NCBI GenBank assembly: GCA_051886215.1
Contig: JBJEXX010000057.1
Location: 1 to 16,254 of the forward strand
From: Bacilli bacterium
Lineage (GTDB): Bacteria; Bacillota_I; Bacilli_A; RF39; UBA660
DNA: 16,254 nucleotides
Direction: 5' to 3'
Shown: one piece after another, positions 1 through 8,316 of the stretch
Numbering within the stretch: position 1 is the first letter of the stretch
Layout: the number at the start of each line of letters is the position of its first letter
Notes under the pieces: model-generated
Told to the model about the DNA's origin: nothing
The model's database searches: none
The model's input: only the letters and a program-made list of their open reading frames with translations
Translations under genes and position numbers: made by a program

Positions 1-71
1 GTTTTCTCTTTTTTTTATGTTTTAATAATTATTCCCACATCTAGTTTACTACATCGACTATCCTTTTTTTA

Positions 72-100
72 TTGAGTTTTTATGTAAAATATGTTATAAT
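72..100 (+). promoter_or_regulatory. SigA-type promoter upstream of the coiled-coil paralog pair
   Basis: TTGAGT (72-77), 17-nt spacer, then extended -10 TGtTATAAT (92-100). It lies just upstream of the RBS GAGGTG (108-113) and ATG 119. Confidence 0.6.
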
Positions 101-118
101 ATCGTGCGAGGTGTTACT

Positions 119-772
119 ATGACCAAAAAAGAAAAAAAAGAATTGTTAAATGACTTAGACAAGGCTAGAAACGAGTTGGAAAATTTAAATAGAAATATTA
201 GAGAAAAGTATGAAGATTTAGATTGGTTAAAAAAAGAAGAAGAAGTTTTAAATAAAAAAATTCAACAATGTAAAATGTATATTGATTTAAAAACCGCAAT
301 AGAGACTTTACAAGAAGAAAAAAATAATTTAGAACAAGAGTGTAATAATTATTTTGATCGTGATAAATTAGTTTTTGCGGAATATTCATTAAAAGATGAT
401 GATAAATATAATTTAGGAGTTTTTAAAGTGTCAATAAGTGAAGAACCTATTGGTTATGATTATAAGCCTGTTAATTTATATAGAAATATATTTAATCCAT
501 TATTGGTTGGTGCTATATATAGTGGGAAAGGAAGACTTTTGAGATGTGACGATGAACCTATGTCTATTTATGATCTTAGAAATATAGTTTCTTTTTCTGA
601 TGTTTTAGTTTATACAAATAATCAAGAGTTATTATTAAAAGAAAAAGTATCTAGTACTGAAATAATGAAAGTAATGGAAACTTTGATTGAAAATTCAGAA
701 TTATTTGGATTATCGGGTTATGAAGATAGAGTCAAGTTATTACAAAAAACAAGGGGTGTTCATAATGAATAG
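119..772 (+). CDS. Hypothetical protein: N-terminal coiled coil plus conserved C-terminal domain (paralog A)
   Basis: Start trimmed from the track's GTG 104 to ATG 119, which has GAGGTG 6 nt upstream. The N-terminal ~80 aa are K/E/L-rich and heptad-like. The C-terminal motifs LVFAEYSL, YNLGVFKV, NIF and NSELFGL..ED.V are shared with the next ORF. Stop is TAG 770-772. Confidence 0.8.
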   Translation: MTKKEKKELLNDLDKARNELENLNRNIREKYEDLDWLKKEEEVLNKKIQQCKMYIDLKTAIETLQEEKNNLEQECNNYFDRDKLVFAEYSLKDDDKYNLGVFKVSISEEPIGYDYKPVNLYRNIFNPLLVGAIYSGKGRLLRCDDEPMSIYDLRNIVSFSDVLVYTNNQELLLKEKVSSTEIMKVMETLIENSELFGLSGYEDRVKLLQKTRGVHNE

Positions 773-1451
773 AAAAGAAAAAAAGTTAGCTTTAGAAAAA
801 GCTAAAGAATATATACTTGATCTTGATGTATTGGAAGAAAAAATAAATTTAAAGCAAGAAAAATTAGATAAATTAAGTCAAGAATGTGATAGTCTTGAAG
901 AACAAGTTCAGCATTATAAATTGTATCTAGATCTAGAAGAATCAATAAAAGAATTAGAAAAGAGCGAGAAAGAATATATTAATAGGATAAAAAAATATAA
1001 AACAATAGAGAGTCATGAAGAGTATATTGATTTCTTAAAAAATGAGATAAAGGAATGTGAAGATTTAATATCTTCTTATTGTGATGTTGATTCTTTGGTA
1101 TTTGCTGCTTATAAGTTACAAGAATCTAGTAATATATATAATATTGGTGTTTTTGAAGTGGATTCAGATGATGATTATATGCTTTTTCAAAATATTTTTT
1201 CATCTTCTATTAGTGGAGTTTTAGATAATGATGAAGAAAATATAGAAGAAGCTATGGTTCTTATTAAAAGTAATAATATTATTCCTTTTTGGGAAGTTAT
1301 ACCGTATATGCCAGAAGATTTTGTTTTAAAGGGTGCATATAATAAAAAAGATATTATGCAAGTATATAAATTTGTAGTACAGAATGCTGAATTATTTGGT
1401 CTTGTTTCAAAAGAAGATAAAGTAATTCCTATGCAAAAGATTATAAAATAA
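765..1451 (+). CDS. Hypothetical protein: N-terminal coiled coil plus conserved C-terminal domain (paralog B)
   Basis: Start trimmed from 687 to ATG 765 (MNRKEKK), with RBS AAGGGG at 751-756. ATG 765 overlaps the upstream stop (ATGAATAG), indicating translational coupling. It shares KEKK, YKLYLDL, LVFAAYKL, YNIGVFEV, NIF and NAELFGL..ED.V with paralog A. Confidence 0.8.
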   Translation: MNRKEKKLALEKAKEYILDLDVLEEKINLKQEKLDKLSQECDSLEEQVQHYKLYLDLEESIKELEKSEKEYINRIKKYKTIESHEEYIDFLKNEIKECEDLISSYCDVDSLVFAAYKLQESSNIYNIGVFEVDSDDDYMLFQNIFSSSISGVLDNDEENIEEAMVLIKSNNIIPFWEVIPYMPEDFVLKGAYNKKDIMQVYKFVVQNAELFGLVSKEDKVIPMQKIIK

Positions 1452-1460
1452 GTTTAGATT

Positions 1461-1488
1461 GTAAGAAAAATTTTTCTTACTTTTTTTT
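1461..1488 (+). terminator. Rho-independent terminator after the paralog pair
   Basis: Perfect inverted repeat GTAAGAAAAA/TTTTTCTTAC (1461-1480) followed by a T8 run (1481-1488). Confidence 0.8.
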
Positions 1489-1556
1489 GAAAAATTATTT
1501 TATTTTAGTGTAATATATGTTATAATTAACGAAGTTTTGAGAAAGAAGTGAAGTTT

Positions 1557-3368
1557 ATGAAAAAAAGAAATATTGCTATAATTGCCCATGTTGACCATGG
1601 TAAAACTACATTAGTAGACGAAATATTAAAATTTTCAGGTACATTTAGAGATAATGAAGAAGCTTCTTCAATGGATTCTAATGATCTAGAAAGAGAACGT
1701 GGTATTACAATTCTTGCAAAGACTACTGCGATAAACTATAACGATTATAGAATTAATATTTTAGATACTCCAGGACATGCTGATTTTGGAGGAGAAGTAG
1801 AACGTATAATGAATATGGTAGAAGGTGTTTTACTAGTTGTTGATGCTTATGAAGGTACTATGCCTCAAACAAGATTTGTTTTAAAGAAAGCTTTAGAAGC
1901 TGGAGTTAAACCTATTGTTGTTATAAATAAAGTTGATAAACCAGCTGCTAGAGTTAATGAAGTTATTGATGAAGTATTAGAATTATTTATTGAATTAGGA
2001 GCTACAGATGAACAAATAGATTTTAAAACAATTTATGCATCTGCTTTAAATGGGACTAGTAGTGATAATCCGGATCTTTCTACACAACATCCTGGATTTA
2101 AAGAATTGTTAGATTTAATTATAAGTGAAATACCAGCACCTAATGGAGATAATAGTAAACCTCTTCAATTTCAACCAGCATTATTAGATTATAATGATTA
2201 TGTAGGTAGAATAGGTATCGGTAAAGTACATAATGGAAAAATTAAAGTAGGTCAAATGGTTGATTGTATTAGATTAGATGGTTCTGTTAAGCAATTCAGA
2301 GTTCAAAAATTATTTGGTTATTTAGGACTTAAGAGAATTGAAATAGAAGAAGCAGAAGCTGGTGATATTTGTGCAGTCGCAGGACTTAGTGATATTTCTG
2401 TAGGAGAAACTTTATGTGATGCAGGTGTTAATGCTCCACTTCCAATATTAAGAATTGATGAACCTACTTTACAAATGACATTTGGAACAAATACATCTCC
2501 ATTTGTTGGAAGAGATGGCAAAATATTATCTGCTAGAAAAATAGAAGATAGATTATTTAGAGAAACACAAAGAGATGTATCTTTAAAAATTGAACAAAAT
2601 GATGCTGAAAGTTGGATTGTTTCAGGTCGTGGTGAACTTCACTTGTCAATTTTAATTGAAAATATGCGAAGAGAAGGATTTGAACTTCAAGTAAGTAAAC
2701 CTAAAGTAATTATTAAAGAAATAGATGGTATTAAGTGTGAGCCATTTGAAGATTTACAAATAGATACTCCAGATGATACTGTTGGTAGTGTTATTGAACA
2801 ATTAGGTCTTCGTGGTGCAATAATGGAAAACATGATAAGTAGTGATGGTATTACTAGATTAAATTATACTATTCCATCACGCGGTTTAATTGGATTTATG
2901 ACTGATTTTATGACACTTACTAAAGGCTATGGAATAATTAATCATACATTTAAAGAATTTAGACCATATGAAAATATAGAAGTTGGGGAAAGAAAACTTG
3001 GTGTTTTAGTTTCTATGGAAAATGGTCAATCTACTGCCTATAGTATTGGTAATTTAGAAGATCGTGGTATTATGTTTATTGAACCTGGTGTAGAAGTATA
3101 TGAAGGTATGGTTGTAGGTGAATGTAATAGAGATAATGATCTTGCAGTTAATGTAGTAAAAGGTAAACAACTTACAAATACTCGTGCGGCTGGAAGTGAT
3201 CATACAGTAGTCTTAAAAAGACCTCGTCCAATACCTCTTGAATATGCACTAGATTATATTAATTCAGATGAATTGGTTGAAGTAACACCTAATAATATCA
3301 GAATAAGAAAACAAATATTAAATACACAAGAAAGAAAAAAAGCAGAAGCAAAGAAAAATTCACAATAA
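1557..3368 (+). CDS. typA: Translational GTPase TypA/BipA
   Basis: G1 [10 protein letters not shown]3 DTPGHADF and G4 NKVD are present. Length (~600 aa) and EF-G-like domain order match TypA/BipA. The start could be ATG 1557 or GTG 1548. An extended -10 TGtTATAAT lies at 1518-1526. Confidence 0.95.
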   Translation: MKKRNIAIIAHVDHGKTTLVDEILKFSGTFRDNEEASSMDSNDLERERGITILAKTTAINYNDYRINILDTPGHADFGGEVERIMNMVEGVLLVVDAYEGTMPQTRFVLKKALEAGVKPIVVINKVDKPAARVNEVIDEVLELFIELGATDEQIDFKTIYASALNGTSSDNPDLSTQHPGFKELLDLIISEIPAPNGDNSKPLQFQPALLDYNDYVGRIGIGKVHNGKIKVGQMVDCIRLDGSVKQFRVQKLFGYLGLKRIEIEEAEAGDICAVAGLSDISVGETLCDAGVNAPLPILRIDEPTLQMTFGTNTSPFVGRDGKILSARKIEDRLFRETQRDVSLKIEQNDAESWIVSGRGELHLSILIENMRREGFELQVSKPKVIIKEIDGIKCEPFEDLQIDTPDDTVGSVIEQLGLRGAIMENMISSDGITRLNYTIPSRGLIGFMTDFMTLTKGYGIINHTFKEFRPYENIEVGERKLGVLVSMENGQSTAYSIGNLEDRGIMFIEPGVEVYEGMVVGECNRDNDLAVNVVKGKQLTNTRAAGSDHTVVLKRPRPIPLEYALDYINSDELVEVTPNNIRIRKQILNTQERKKAEAKKNSQ

Positions 3369-3372
3369 AAAT

Positions 3373-3398
3373 ACAGGATTATTCATCCTGTGTTTTTT
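3373..3398. terminator. Bidirectional intrinsic terminator between the convergent typA and 3379-3915 genes
   Basis: Stem ACAGGAT (3373-3379) / ATCCTGT (3385-3391), loop TATTC, T6 run at 3393-3398, with an A-run on the other side. Confidence 0.75.
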
Positions 3399-3915
3399 GT
3401 TTGCTTTCTACGACATAGTACTCATTATTACTTGTATTTACTAATCTTTTATATCCACATATTACATTATCTATTTTATAATAATAATTATAATTTTTTT
3501 GAGCATTATTAGACATAACTCTTGCTATTATTAGATAAGCATTATTGGTTTCGCATTCTTCTTTATTGTTAGAATCAACTAATTTATTTAAATATCCTGT
3601 AGATACTAATTCATCAATAGATATTTGTTTACAATCAACATTACTACTTTGACAATTTAGATTTCTATCTAATTCATTTACTTCTTTTCTAGAAAATGTT
3701 GTCTCTGGATAATCTTCCAAAGTTAAATAATCATTTGCGACAATATAATTTTTACCCGCAGTAATAATAGAATCTCTTAGATATTTATAATATGTATCAG
3801 TTGATTGTTTAGGTACAAATTGTTTATAATTAAGACCAAATATCATTATAAGTCCAAAAACTATAATTCCTAAAATTACAAAAATATAAGATTCCCCTTT
3901 ATTATTTAATTTCAT
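3379..3915 (-). CDS. Hypothetical membrane-anchored protein (single N-terminal TM helix, Cys-containing extracytoplasmic part)
   Basis: RBS AGGAGGA precedes the ATG on the minus strand. The N-terminus MKLNNKGESYIFVILGIIVFGLIMIFGL is a hydrophobic anchor. Five Cys residues lie in the C-terminal part. I recognise no catalytic motif. Confidence 0.7.
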   Translation of the reverse strand: MKLNNKGESYIFVILGIIVFGLIMIFGLNYKQFVPKQSTDTYYKYLRDSIITAGKNYIVANDYLTLEDYPETTFSRKEVNELDRNLNCQSSNVDCKQISIDELVSTGYLNKLVDSNNKEECETNNAYLIIARVMSNNAQKNYNYYYKIDNVICGYKRLVNTSNNEYYVVESKQKTQDE

Positions 3916-4029
3916 ATCTAGTCCTCCTATGTTACGATTATAACATATAAATATTAAATAAAAAATAAAATTAACTATTTATAGTTCTTTTTTAATTCTT
4001 GTAGTATAATTTTAAGTGAGGTGTTATTA

Positions 4030-5373
4030 ATGTTTAATAATAAAAAAGTTTTAATATTGGGTTTTGCAAGGAGTGGTTATGATTGTGCAAAATTATTGGT
4101 AAATAGAAAAAATGAAGTTATTATTACTGATAATAAAGAAAAAGAAAAATTAGATATAAAAAAAATAGAAGAATTAGAAAATTTAGGGGTTAAATTCATT
4201 TTAGGTAATAGTGATATTTCTATTTTAGATGATACTTATGATTATTTAATTAAAAGTCCAGGAGTACCTATTAAACATCCATTTGTATTAAGAGCCAATG
4301 AATTAAATATAGAAGTAGTTAATGAAGTAGAGGTTGCTTATTTATTACTTCCAAAAGATATTACATTAATTAGTATTACTGGAACTAATGGTAAAACTAC
4401 TACTACAAGTTTAACTTATGAAATAATAAAAAATGCTTATCCTGAAAAGACACATTTAGTAGGTAATATTGGAATTCCTTTTACAGGTTTAATTAATGAT
4501 ATTAAAATTGGAGATATAATTGTTTCAGAAATTAGTTGTCAACAACTTGCTAATTTAGAAAAGTTTAAACCTAATATTGCGGTAATGACTAATCTTTTCC
4601 CAGCTCATATAGATTTTTTTGGTGATTTTACAACCTATAAACAAGTAAAGGCTAAATTATTTAAAAATCAAACAAAAGATGATATTGCTATTTTAAATTT
4701 AGAAAATAGTGATGTCTTAGAAGAAACTAAAAATATAAATTCTAAAAAATTATATTTTTCTAGTAAACAAAAAAGTGACATATATTTAAAAAATAACAAA
4801 ATATATTATAAAGATGAAGAAATTTTAGATACTTCTATTATGAAAATAAAAGGTATACATAATATTGAAAATGTTATGTGCGCAACTATTGTAGCTAAAG
4901 AATTAAACGTTAGTAATGAAATAATAAAAAAAGTAGTAGAAAACTTTATTGGAGTTGAACATAGATTAGAATTTTCAGGAAAAGTTAATGGAGTAAAATA
5001 TTATAATGATACAGAGGCAACTAATATTAAGTGTACTCAAATTGCTCTTTCTTCTTTTGATGAACCTATAATTTTAATATTAGGTGGTCTTGAAAGAGGC
5101 CAAGATTTTAATGAATTAAGAGATTATATGAAAAATGTAAAAGCTATTATTGGTATTGGAGAATGTAGAGAAAGAGTAAAAGAATTTGGTAATAGTTTAA
5201 ATATAGATACTTATATTTTTGAACATTTAAAAGAAGGATTTCAAAAATGTGTTGAAGTATCAACTGATGGTGATGTAGTACTTTTATCTCCGGCTTCTGC
5301 TAGTTGGGATCAATATAAGCAATGTGAAGATAGAGGTGACGAGTTTAAAAAATATGTAAAAGAAATAGATTAA
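4030..5373 (+). CDS. murD: UDP-N-acetylmuramoyl-L-alanine--D-glutamate ligase
   Basis: Start trimmed to ATG 4030, with GAGGTG at 4018-4023. Motifs are the N-terminal Rossmann VLILGFARSG, the Mur ligase P-loop GTNGKTTT, VGNIGIP, SCQQL and NDTEATN. Length is ~447 aa. Confidence 0.9.
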   Translation: MFNNKKVLILGFARSGYDCAKLLVNRKNEVIITDNKEKEKLDIKKIEELENLGVKFILGNSDISILDDTYDYLIKSPGVPIKHPFVLRANELNIEVVNEVEVAYLLLPKDITLISITGTNGKTTTTSLTYEIIKNAYPEKTHLVGNIGIPFTGLINDIKIGDIIVSEISCQQLANLEKFKPNIAVMTNLFPAHIDFFGDFTTYKQVKAKLFKNQTKDDIAILNLENSDVLEETKNINSKKLYFSSKQKSDIYLKNNKIYYKDEEILDTSIMKIKGIHNIENVMCATIVAKELNVSNEIIKKVVENFIGVEHRLEFSGKVNGVKYYNDTEATNIKCTQIALSSFDEPIILILGGLERGQDFNELRDYMKNVKAIIGIGECRERVKEFGNSLNIDTYIFEHLKEGFQKCVEVSTDGDVVLLSPASASWDQYKQCEDRGDEFKKYVKEID

Positions 5374-5410
5374 TTGTTTAAATATTAATTAAACCATATA
5401 GTATGAGAAC

Positions 5411-5439
5411 TTGCAAAAAAAACCATTATATGTTATTAT
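5411..5439 (+). promoter_or_regulatory. Orphan SigA-type promoter in the murD-gltX spacer
   Basis: TTGCAA (5411-5416), 17-nt spacer, TGtTATTAT (5431-5439). Confidence 0.5.
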
Positions 5440-5445
5440 GAATAT

Positions 5446-5560
5446 GTCAAGGAATCTTGAATAAAATAAAAAAGGGAACATTCAGTTTTTCTGTGTTGAA
5501 TGTCTACCTAACAATTTTTAGACAGACATTTAATTCAAATGTGAATTAAGTGTCATTTTT
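5446..5560 (+). ncRNA. Candidate small RNA (about 110 nt) or structured murD 3' UTR
   Basis: The segment is bounded by the promoter at 5411-5439 and the strong terminator at 5526-5560. It contains further hairpins (ACATTCA 5479-5485 / TGAATGT 5498-5504; GTCTA/TAGAC around 5502-5524). No ORF with an RBS is present. Confidence 0.3.
5526..5560 (+). terminator. Rho-independent terminator
   Basis: 12-bp stem ACATTTAATTCA (5526-5537) / TGAATTAAGTGT (5542-5553) with one G-U pair, loop AATG, then CATTTTT. Confidence 0.7.
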
Positions 5561-5568
5561 ATATTTAT

Positions 5569-5597
5569 TTGCTTTTATTAATAGCTTGTGATATAAT
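5569..5597 (+). promoter_or_regulatory. Promoter of the gltX T-box leader
   Basis: TTGCTT (5569-5574), 17-nt spacer, TGaTATAAT (5589-5597). Confidence 0.65.
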
Positions 5598-5603
5598 CAT
5601 AAA

Positions 5604-5815
5604 TGTAAAAAACGAGGAAGAAGAAGAGTAGAATATTTTTATTAAATAGAGAGCTTATGGTTGGTGAAAATAAGTTAATAAGATATTTGAAGAAACTTTG
5701 GAGTTTAATACTTGTTAAAAAGTATTGCGAATATCCGCGTTAAGGATTTAAGATTACTTTAGTAATAAATTAAGGTGGTACCACGAGATTTCGTCCTTAT
5801 GGATGGAGTCTTTTT
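5604..5815 (+). promoter_or_regulatory. T-box riboswitch leader with Glu specifier (GAA)
   Basis: Stem I elements are GAAGAAGAGTA (5' side), the AG bulge AGAGAG and the distal loop GGTGAAA. The specifier loop reads GAA-GAA-A (S-turn GAA 5689-5691, codon GAA 5692-5694, purine 5695). The T-box core AAATTAAGGTGGTACCACG lies at ~5767-5785. The terminator is GATTTCGTCC (5787-5796) / GGATGGAGTC (5801-5810) plus T5. Confidence 0.85.
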
Positions 5816-5835
5816 ATTTTGAAAGGAGAGATAAT

Positions 5836-7497
5836 ATGACAAGTAAAGATTTAGCAAATTTAATATTTCCGGATGTGAAACATGATATTCACTATTATGA
5901 AGAAATGTATAAACCAAGAGATTTAAAAGAAGGAGAAAGAGTTACTAGAGTTGCGCCATCACCAACTGGTTATATGCATTTAGGTACTATGTTTCAAGCA
6001 CTTATTGATTATGTAATGGTGAAGAATAATGGAGGAGTATTTTATTTAAGAAATGAAGATACAGATACAGCTCGTGAAGTAGAAGGTGCGGTAAAATTAG
6101 TTATTGATACTTTAATGGATTATGATATTATACCTGATGAGTATGAAGTAGGAGAAAAGATAGTAGGATCTTATGGCCCTTATAGACAAACTTCTAGAAA
6201 AGAAATTTATCATACTTTTATTAAACATTTTATTGAAATAGGTAGAGCTTATCCTTGTTTTTGCACAAAAGAAGAATTAGATGAGTTAAGAACAAAACAA
6301 GAAAATAGAAAGTTTAGAACTGGATATTATGGAATTTGGGCTCATTGTAGAAATTTAACTATTGATGAGCAAATTGAAAAAATTAAAAATGGAGAATCTT
6401 TTGTAATTAGATTTAAATCTGAAGGTAATTTTGATAAAAAATTCTTGTTTGATGATTTAGTAAAGGGAAAAGTTGAACTTCCTGAAAATGATGAAGATTT
6501 TGTTATTATGAAATCTAATGATAAATTACCTACATATCATTTTGCTCATTTAGTAGATGATTATTTGATGAAAACTACACATGTTGTTAGAGGAGAAGAA
6601 TGGTTGCCCTCAGTTCCTAAACATATAGAATTATTTAGAGCGTTAGGTGTAAGAGGACCTAAATATATTCATACACCATTAATAGTAAAAAAAGATGGTA
6701 ATGGAGTAAGAAAATTAAGTAAAAGAAAAGATCCAGAAGCAAATATGACATACTATAAAGAATTAGGTTATCCAAGAAAAGCTATTATTGAAGCTTTAAT
6801 GACAATTATTAATTCTAATTATGAAGAATGGCATACCGCTAATCCGGACAAAGAATTTACTGATTTTACTTATAGCCCTAAAAAAATGTCTTCAAGTGGA
6901 GCATTCTTTGATTTAGAAAAATTAGATAATATTTCTAAAAATATTATTAGTCGTATGAAGGCAGAAGATGTTTATAATGAATTATATAATTGGTGTTTAG
7001 AATATGATTTAGAATTTAAAGAATTATTAGATAAGTATAAAGATTATTCAATTAATTTATTTAATATAGAAAGAGAACAAAAAAAACCTAGAAAAGATTT
7101 TACTAATTACTCTGATATTAAAAATCAAGTATGGTATATGTATGATGAATTATTTGATAATATGTTTAATGGTTATGACTTTGTTAATATAAAAGACAAA
7201 GAATTGATTACAGAGGCATGTCAAGAATATTTTAATAATTATTATGATATAAATGATGATAAAGATACTTGGTTTAATAAAATGAAAGAATGCTGTGAGT
7301 CTTTAGGATATTGTTCTAATATGAAAGAATATAAAGAAAACCCAGAAAAATATAAAGGTAGTGTTGCGGATTTTTCTACTATTATAAGGGTCGCAGTTAC
7401 TACTCGTAGTATGACTCCTGATTTATATGAAATATTAAAATTATTGGGTGAAGATAGAATAAAAACAAGAATTAATAAGTGTATTTCAAGTATTTAA
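5836..7497 (+). CDS. gltX: Glutamate--tRNA ligase (GluRS)
   Basis: Start trimmed from 5803, which lies inside the T-box terminator, to ATG 5836 with RBS AAAGGAGAG. Class I motifs are PSPTGYMHLGT (HIGH-like) and KLSKRK (KMSKS), and RNEDTD is typical of GluRS. The upstream T-box specifier GAA agrees with this call. Confidence 0.9.
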   Translation: MTSKDLANLIFPDVKHDIHYYEEMYKPRDLKEGERVTRVAPSPTGYMHLGTMFQALIDYVMVKNNGGVFYLRNEDTDTAREVEGAVKLVIDTLMDYDIIPDEYEVGEKIVGSYGPYRQTSRKEIYHTFIKHFIEIGRAYPCFCTKEELDELRTKQENRKFRTGYYGIWAHCRNLTIDEQIEKIKNGESFVIRFKSEGNFDKKFLFDDLVKGKVELPENDEDFVIMKSNDKLPTYHFAHLVDDYLMKTTHVVRGEEWLPSVPKHIELFRALGVRGPKYIHTPLIVKKDGNGVRKLSKRKDPEANMTYYKELGYPRKAIIEALMTIINSNYEEWHTANPDKEFTDFTYSPKKMSSSGAFFDLEKLDNISKNIISRMKAEDVYNELYNWCLEYDLEFKELLDKYKDYSINLFNIEREQKKPRKDFTNYSDIKNQVWYMYDELFDNMFNGYDFVNIKDKELITEACQEYFNNYYDINDDKDTWFNKMKECCESLGYCSNMKEYKENPEKYKGSVADFSTIIRVAVTTRSMTPDLYEILKLLGEDRIKTRINKCISSI

Positions 7498-7520
7498 AAA
7501 AGAGTTTTAAACTCTTTTTT
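7496..7520. terminator. Bidirectional terminator between the convergent gltX and EEP genes
   Basis: AAAAAAGAGT (7496-7505) / ACTCTTTTTT (7511-7520), loop TTTAA. Confidence 0.7.
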
Positions 7521-8259
7521 TAGTATTTTTAATAATTATATTTGCACCTATAGGATAATGATCACTAGGATAAATTCCTTTATATCTATTTGTATATTTT
7601 GTTACTTGATCATAATTTAAATCTTTAGTTATTAAAATGTGATCCAAGTGATAGATTTCTTTTATTGTAGAATAGGTTTTACCAATATCTTTTGTTATAT
7701 CAATTAGATTGTTGTCTTTACAAAAATCTTTTAAATTTCTATATCCAGTATTAAAATCTCCTGTTATCAATATAGGTTTATTCTTTGTGTTTTCTTTTAT
7801 TAATTTTGTTATACATTCTAATTGGAGTAATTTGTTTTTTTGAGGCTTATTAGTTAAATGAGTATTATAACAATAAAAATCTTCAGTTTCTATATAATTA
7901 ACTATTCTAGGAAAAAAATCATATTTAAATTTTGTTTTAGGAATTTCTGGAGTATTTGATAAAGAGTATGTTTTACTATTCATGACTTTTATATTTGTTT
8001 TTACTAATATACAATTATATTCGTCATAAATACTATTTTTTCTTAGACGACTGTGTCCATAAAAGTTATAGGTTAAATTATTAAGTTTTAATAAATATGT
8101 TAATTGTTTTTTTGCCTTATGAGTCATTTCTTGTGTACCAATAATATCTGGTTGTTCTTCTTTTATAAGTTCTACTGTAGAAATTAATCTTTCTTTCCAA
8201 TTGCTTTTTTTAAATAAAGATATGCCATCATTTCTAAGATTAATAGATAATATTTTCAT
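7507..8259 (-). CDS. Endonuclease/exonuclease/phosphatase (EEP, DNase I-like) family protein, paralog 1
   Basis: EEP motif series: SINL.N, IIGTQEM, NTHL, ITGDFN, LDHIL, SDHYPI. No signal peptide. RBS GGTGA precedes the ATG. Confidence 0.85.
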   Translation of the reverse strand: MKILSINLRNDGISLFKKSNWKERLISTVELIKEEQPDIIGTQEMTHKAKKQLTYLLKLNNLTYNFYGHSRLRKNSIYDEYNCILVKTNIKVMNSKTYSLSNTPEIPKTKFKYDFFPRIVNYIETEDFYCYNTHLTNKPQKNKLLQLECITKLIKENTKNKPILITGDFNTGYRNLKDFCKDNNLIDITKDIGKTYSTIKEIYHLDHILITKDLNYDQVTKYTNRYKGIYPSDHYPIGANIIIKNTKKRV

Positions 8260-8316
8260 ATAATCACCAACATAATTATACTATAAATAAAAAATATATA
8301 GTGTTTTTCTTATATA

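Noticed and set aside
89-105. A 17-nt sequence, ATATGTTATAATATCGT, is repeated at 89-105 (plus strand) and 9086-9102 (minus strand), with close variants at 1515-1526 and 5427-5439
   Set aside because: It coincides with the extended -10 promoter consensus (TGtTATAAT) used throughout the window. Only the 5 extra identical bases go beyond that consensus, which is too little to call a regulatory box or a mobile-element end.
198-389. 63-aa ORF on the minus strand
   Set aside because: It lies entirely antisense within the first coiled-coil gene. Its composition is low-complexity F/L/Y-rich, as expected from reading an AT-rich gene backwards, and it has no RBS.
2318-2521. 67-aa minus-strand ORF inside typA
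   Set aside because: It is antisense to a highly conserved GTPase gene, has no RBS and has no recognisable motifs.
3826-3915. Type IV pilin / competence pseudopilin-like N-terminus (MKLNNKGESYIFVIL...)
   Set aside because: A Gly precedes a hydrophobic helix, but the canonical G|F(T/S)LxE prepilin peptidase motif with Glu at +5 is absent, and no pilus or competence genes are adjacent. I treat it as a plain membrane anchor.
5803-5835. Longer N-terminal extensions offered by the ORF track (gltX from 5803; also 104, 687, 1548, 4021, 11524, 13985, 15130)
   Set aside because: In each case an internal ATG has a well-spaced GGAGG-type RBS. For gltX the extension would lie inside the T-box terminator hairpin. 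typA 1548 versus 1557 remains ambiguous.
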